NCBI GenBank assembly: GCA_038213805.1
Contig: JBBQSO010000034.1
Span: forward strand, 1 to 51,669
Origin: Planctomycetota bacterium
Lineage (GTDB): Bacteria > Planctomycetota > UBA11346
Length of the DNA stretch: 51,669 nucleotides
Reading direction: 5' to 3'
This document shows positions 49,601-51,669 of the stretch, piece after piece. A program made the position numbers and the translations under genes. Under the pieces are notes generated by a model, which saw only the letters and a list, made by a program, of their open reading frames with translations, was not told the origin of the DNA and did not search any database. The stretch's first letter is position 1; every line of letters starts with the position of its first letter.

Positions 49601-51669
49601 CTTGGCTGCTACACAGTGACGATCCCGACCTGCCGGCCGCCGCGGGCGTGCTGCTGCTGTGGTGCGCGGCACCGGCGGTGGCGTGGTTCATCAGCCGGCC
49701 GCTGGGCGCCGAGCGCCATCGCCTGAGCCCCGCCCAGGTCGGGTTCCTCGAACGCCTGACGCGCAAGACCTGGCGCTTCTTCGAGGTCTTCGTCGGCGAC
49801 GAGGACCACCACCTGCCACCCGACAACATGCAGGAGTTCCCAAGCCAGGTGGTCGCGCACCGCACTTCGCCGACCAACATCGGCCTGGGGCTGCTCGTCA
49901 ACCTCGCCGCCCACGACTTCGGCTACGTCGCGCTGCCGCGCCTGCTCGAACGCACCACCGCCACGCTTGACACCCTTGACCGCCTTGAGCGCCACCGCGG
50001 GCACTTCCTCAACTGGTACGACACCCGCACCCTGCAGCCGCTGCACCCACGTTACGTGTCGTTCGTCGATAGCGGCAACCTCGCCGGACACCTGTTGGTG
50101 CTCCGCCCGGGCCTGCTCGGCCTGGCCGAGACCGGCATCTGGACGGGCATCGCCTTCGCCGGCCTGCGCCACACCCTCGACTGCCTGATCGCGGTCGACA
50201 CCGAGGCCACGCGCGTGCAGACTCTGCTCGCTCTGCGCGCGCGCCTGCTTGCCGGCGCGACCGAGGCCACCGGCAGCATCGAGCGCTCGCTGGTGCTGCT
50301 CGGCGAGGTCGGCAACGCCGCCGACGAGCTCGCCGATACTCTGCCAGCAACCGGCGAGGACGAGCGCCGCTGGTGGACCGCCGCGCTGGCGCGCGAGGCG
50401 CGCGAACACCGCGACCACCTGGTCGAGATCGCGCCGTGGTGCCTGCTGCCGCCGCCGCCCGGATTTCTCTGGCAGATCGGCTCGCCGCGGCCCTCGGCCG
50501 CGCTGCAGGAACTGCGCGGCGAACTGGCGCGACTCGACGCCGGCCCCAGCCCGCAGGACATCGCCCGCCTTGACGACACCCTGCTGCCGCTGCTCGCGCG
50601 CCTGCTCGCCGAGCACGGCGGCGGCACGCCCTCTCCCCAGGTCGCATCAGCGATGAAGTGGGTCGGCGATCTGCGCGCCCCCCTGCAGCTCGCCGCGGAA
50701 CGCGCTGCGCGCCTGATCACCCGACTCGAGTCGCTCGCCAGGCGCTGTGGCGAACTCGCCGATATGGAATGGCGCTTCCTCTTCGACCCGGCGCGCGACC
50801 TCTTCCTGATCGGCTTCAACGTCAGCGACAACCGCCTCGACCGCGGCTGCTACGACCTGCTCGCCAGCGAAGCGCGCTTGGCCAGCTTCGTGGCCATCGC
50901 CCAAGGCCAGGTCCACCAGGACCACTGGTTCAGCCTCGGCCGGCTGCTGACCTCGTCGCACCTCGCGCCCGCGCTGCTGTCGTGGTCGGGTTCGATGTTC
51001 GAGTACCTGATGCCGCTGCTGGTCATGCCGACCTACGACAAGACCCTGCTCGATCAGACCTATAAGGCGGTCGTGCAGCGCTCGATCGACTACGGCCGCC
51101 AGCGCGGTGTGCCGTGGGGCATCTCGGAGTCGGGCTACAACTTCACCGACGCCCAGCTCAACTACCAGTACCGCGCCTTCGGCGTGCCCGGACTCGGCCT
51201 CAAGCGCGGTCTGTCGGATGACCTGGTGGTCGCACCCTACGCCACGGTGATGTCGTTGATGGTCGCGCCCGAGGCGGCGTGCCGCAATCTCGAGCGCCTG
51301 GTCGCCGATGGTAACGAAGGCGCCTACGGCCTCTATGAGGCGATCGACTACACCGCCGCGCGCATGCCGCGCGGCGTGAACAGCGTCACGGTGCGCTCGT
51401 TCATGGTCCACCACCAGGGCATGAGCCTGCTCGCGCTGCTCTACGTGCTGCGCGACCGCCCGATGCAGCGGCGCTTCACCGCCGACCCGCTATTCAAGGC
51501 CACCGAGCTGCTGCTGCAGGAGCGCATCCCCAAGGCCGCGCCGATGACGTACCCGCACGCGGCCGAGGCCGAGACGGTGCGCGAGGAGAGCGCCAGCCAG
51601 GTCGACAATCTGCGCTCCTTCACCAATCCGAGTTCCGTGGTTCCCGAGGTCCACCTGCTCTCCAACGGC
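46696..51669 (+). CDS. ndvB: Cyclic beta-1,2-glucan synthase (Cgs/NdvB; GT84 then GH94), running off the window end
   Basis: Frame open from GTG 46696 (GGAG RBS) to the window end, so absent from the ORF track; EWLLDNYY, WMGRERKRGKL, ITLDTDT, LSHDLIEG, RTSPTNIG, YDLLASEAR, SWSGSMFEYLMP, PEVHLLSNG. Confidence 0.92.
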   Translation, partial: MISPSRLLRTGRRSPRASDEQPLRAELFSVTQLEGHARTIAATHRLDPEHGPDRLLPRLTENTAVLAETHALVTEAVAKGRRTAPAAEWLLDNYYLIEEQIRTARRHLPRGYSRELPRLAAGGAIGYPRVYDLVLELISHSDGKVDGENLSRFIEAYQGTVHLTIGELWAIPIMLRLALIENLRRVGASVSAGCRQRELACAWADRMAATAEKDPSSLVLTLADMVRANVALGGAFVAEFTRRVQGQSPALAVATSWIEQRLVEVGTSVEQAVQAENQAQAADQASIGNSIGSLRQLSALDWREFVEAMSVVDRCLRGDPAQVYARMDFATRDQYRHRLERLAKRCPRSELEVAEQVVRLAAEGIRTSGGDDLAERRGHVGYYLIDRGQRELERAVAARATLGSAAEAAVRRAPAAAYLGGILVLTLLAVAVAVWWCEPWTSGWLARPLLLLPLLATALVVAIAASQWAIACVNWLVTTLLPPRSLARLDFTAGIPAGARTMVVIPTMLRRAADIDGLVEGLEVRFLANPDPHLDFALLTDFGDAASATLPGDDALLAQAIAAIEELNARYLTKRRGVFFLFHRPRLWNAQEGVWMGRERKRGKLADLNGLLLHGERSAFSAVVGETSVFGQVRYIITLDTDTQLPRGAAHQLVGTLAHPLNRARFDAAGRVVDGYSILQPRAAISLPSSGKSWFARIYSGEPGIDPYSRAVSDVYQDLFGEGSFVGKGIYDLAAFERVLAGRFPDNRILSHDLIEGAYARAALVSDVMVYEDHPFRYAADVSRRHRWMRGDWQLLRWLMPQVPDGAGRSVPNTLGAVALWKIADNLRRSLVAPALLALLIGGWTVLAGPPLLWPALVAVFLLSPALLGSLATLVRKPADLPLIMHLRNWWDGLGAQLAQAGLTLVFLPYEAVTAADAILRTLWRTAVSRRRLLEWTTSSDAERGARTSLPGLYRTMWMAPLVALATGAWLLHSDDPDLPAAAGVLLLWCAAPAVAWFISRPLGAERHRLSPAQVGFLERLTRKTWRFFEVFVGDEDHHLPPDNMQEFPSQVVAHRTSPTNIGLGLLVNLAAHDFGYVALPRLLERTTATLDTLDRLERHRGHFLNWYDTRTLQPLHPRYVSFVDSGNLAGHLLVLRPGLLGLAETGIWTGIAFAGLRHTLDCLIAVDTEATRVQTLLALRARLLAGATEATGSIERSLVLLGEVGNAADELADTLPATGEDERRWWTAALAREAREHRDHLVEIAPWCLLPPPPGFLWQIGSPRPSAALQELRGELARLDAGPSPQDIARLDDTLLPLLARLLAEHGGGTPSPQVASAMKWVGDLRAPLQLAAERAARLITRLESLARRCGELADMEWRFLFDPARDLFLIGFNVSDNRLDRGCYDLLASEARLASFVAIAQGQVHQDHWFSLGRLLTSSHLAPALLSWSGSMFEYLMPLLVMPTYDKTLLDQTYKAVVQRSIDYGRQRGVPWGISESGYNFTDAQLNYQYRAFGVPGLGLKRGLSDDLVVAPYATVMSLMVAPEAACRNLERLVADGNEGAYGLYEAIDYTAARMPRGVNSVTVRSFMVHHQGMSLLALLYVLRDRPMQRRFTADPLFKATELLLQERIPKAAPMTYPHAAEAETVREESASQVDNLRSFTNPSSVVPEVHLLSNG

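Overview
GC-rich (about 70% by eye) bacterial chromosomal segment, mostly housekeeping and envelope genes. The gene set (DUF1080, OlsG/PmtA-like methyltransferase, LPS genes) tentatively suggests a diderm, planctomycete-like host. In order: DUF1080; an Sdh1-type (Rv0247c-0249c-like) succinate dehydrogenase operon; a large NAD-glutamate dehydrogenase; small hypotheticals; motAB; proS; a histidine phosphatase; an L-Ara4N (arn) operon with split arnA, translationally coupled to lptFG; an ECF sigma factor; a double-hotdog FabZ-like protein; a decaying biuret/allophanate locus (porin pseudogene, intact atzF, broken biuH-like gene, cupin); purN; argH; mtnC; an MFS transporter; a CHASE3 hybrid kinase; and the 5' part of a cyclic beta-1,2-glucan synthase. 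The most striking unexplained signal is non-coding. About ten intergenic regions carry 7-8 bp tandem-repeat arrays from at least five unit families. Most form inverted pairs (G-rich arm left, C-rich arm right) around a short, internally self-complementary spacer, and they start within 0-25 nt of a stop codon, even inside operons. No transposase, CRISPR array, tRNA or rRNA was recognised.
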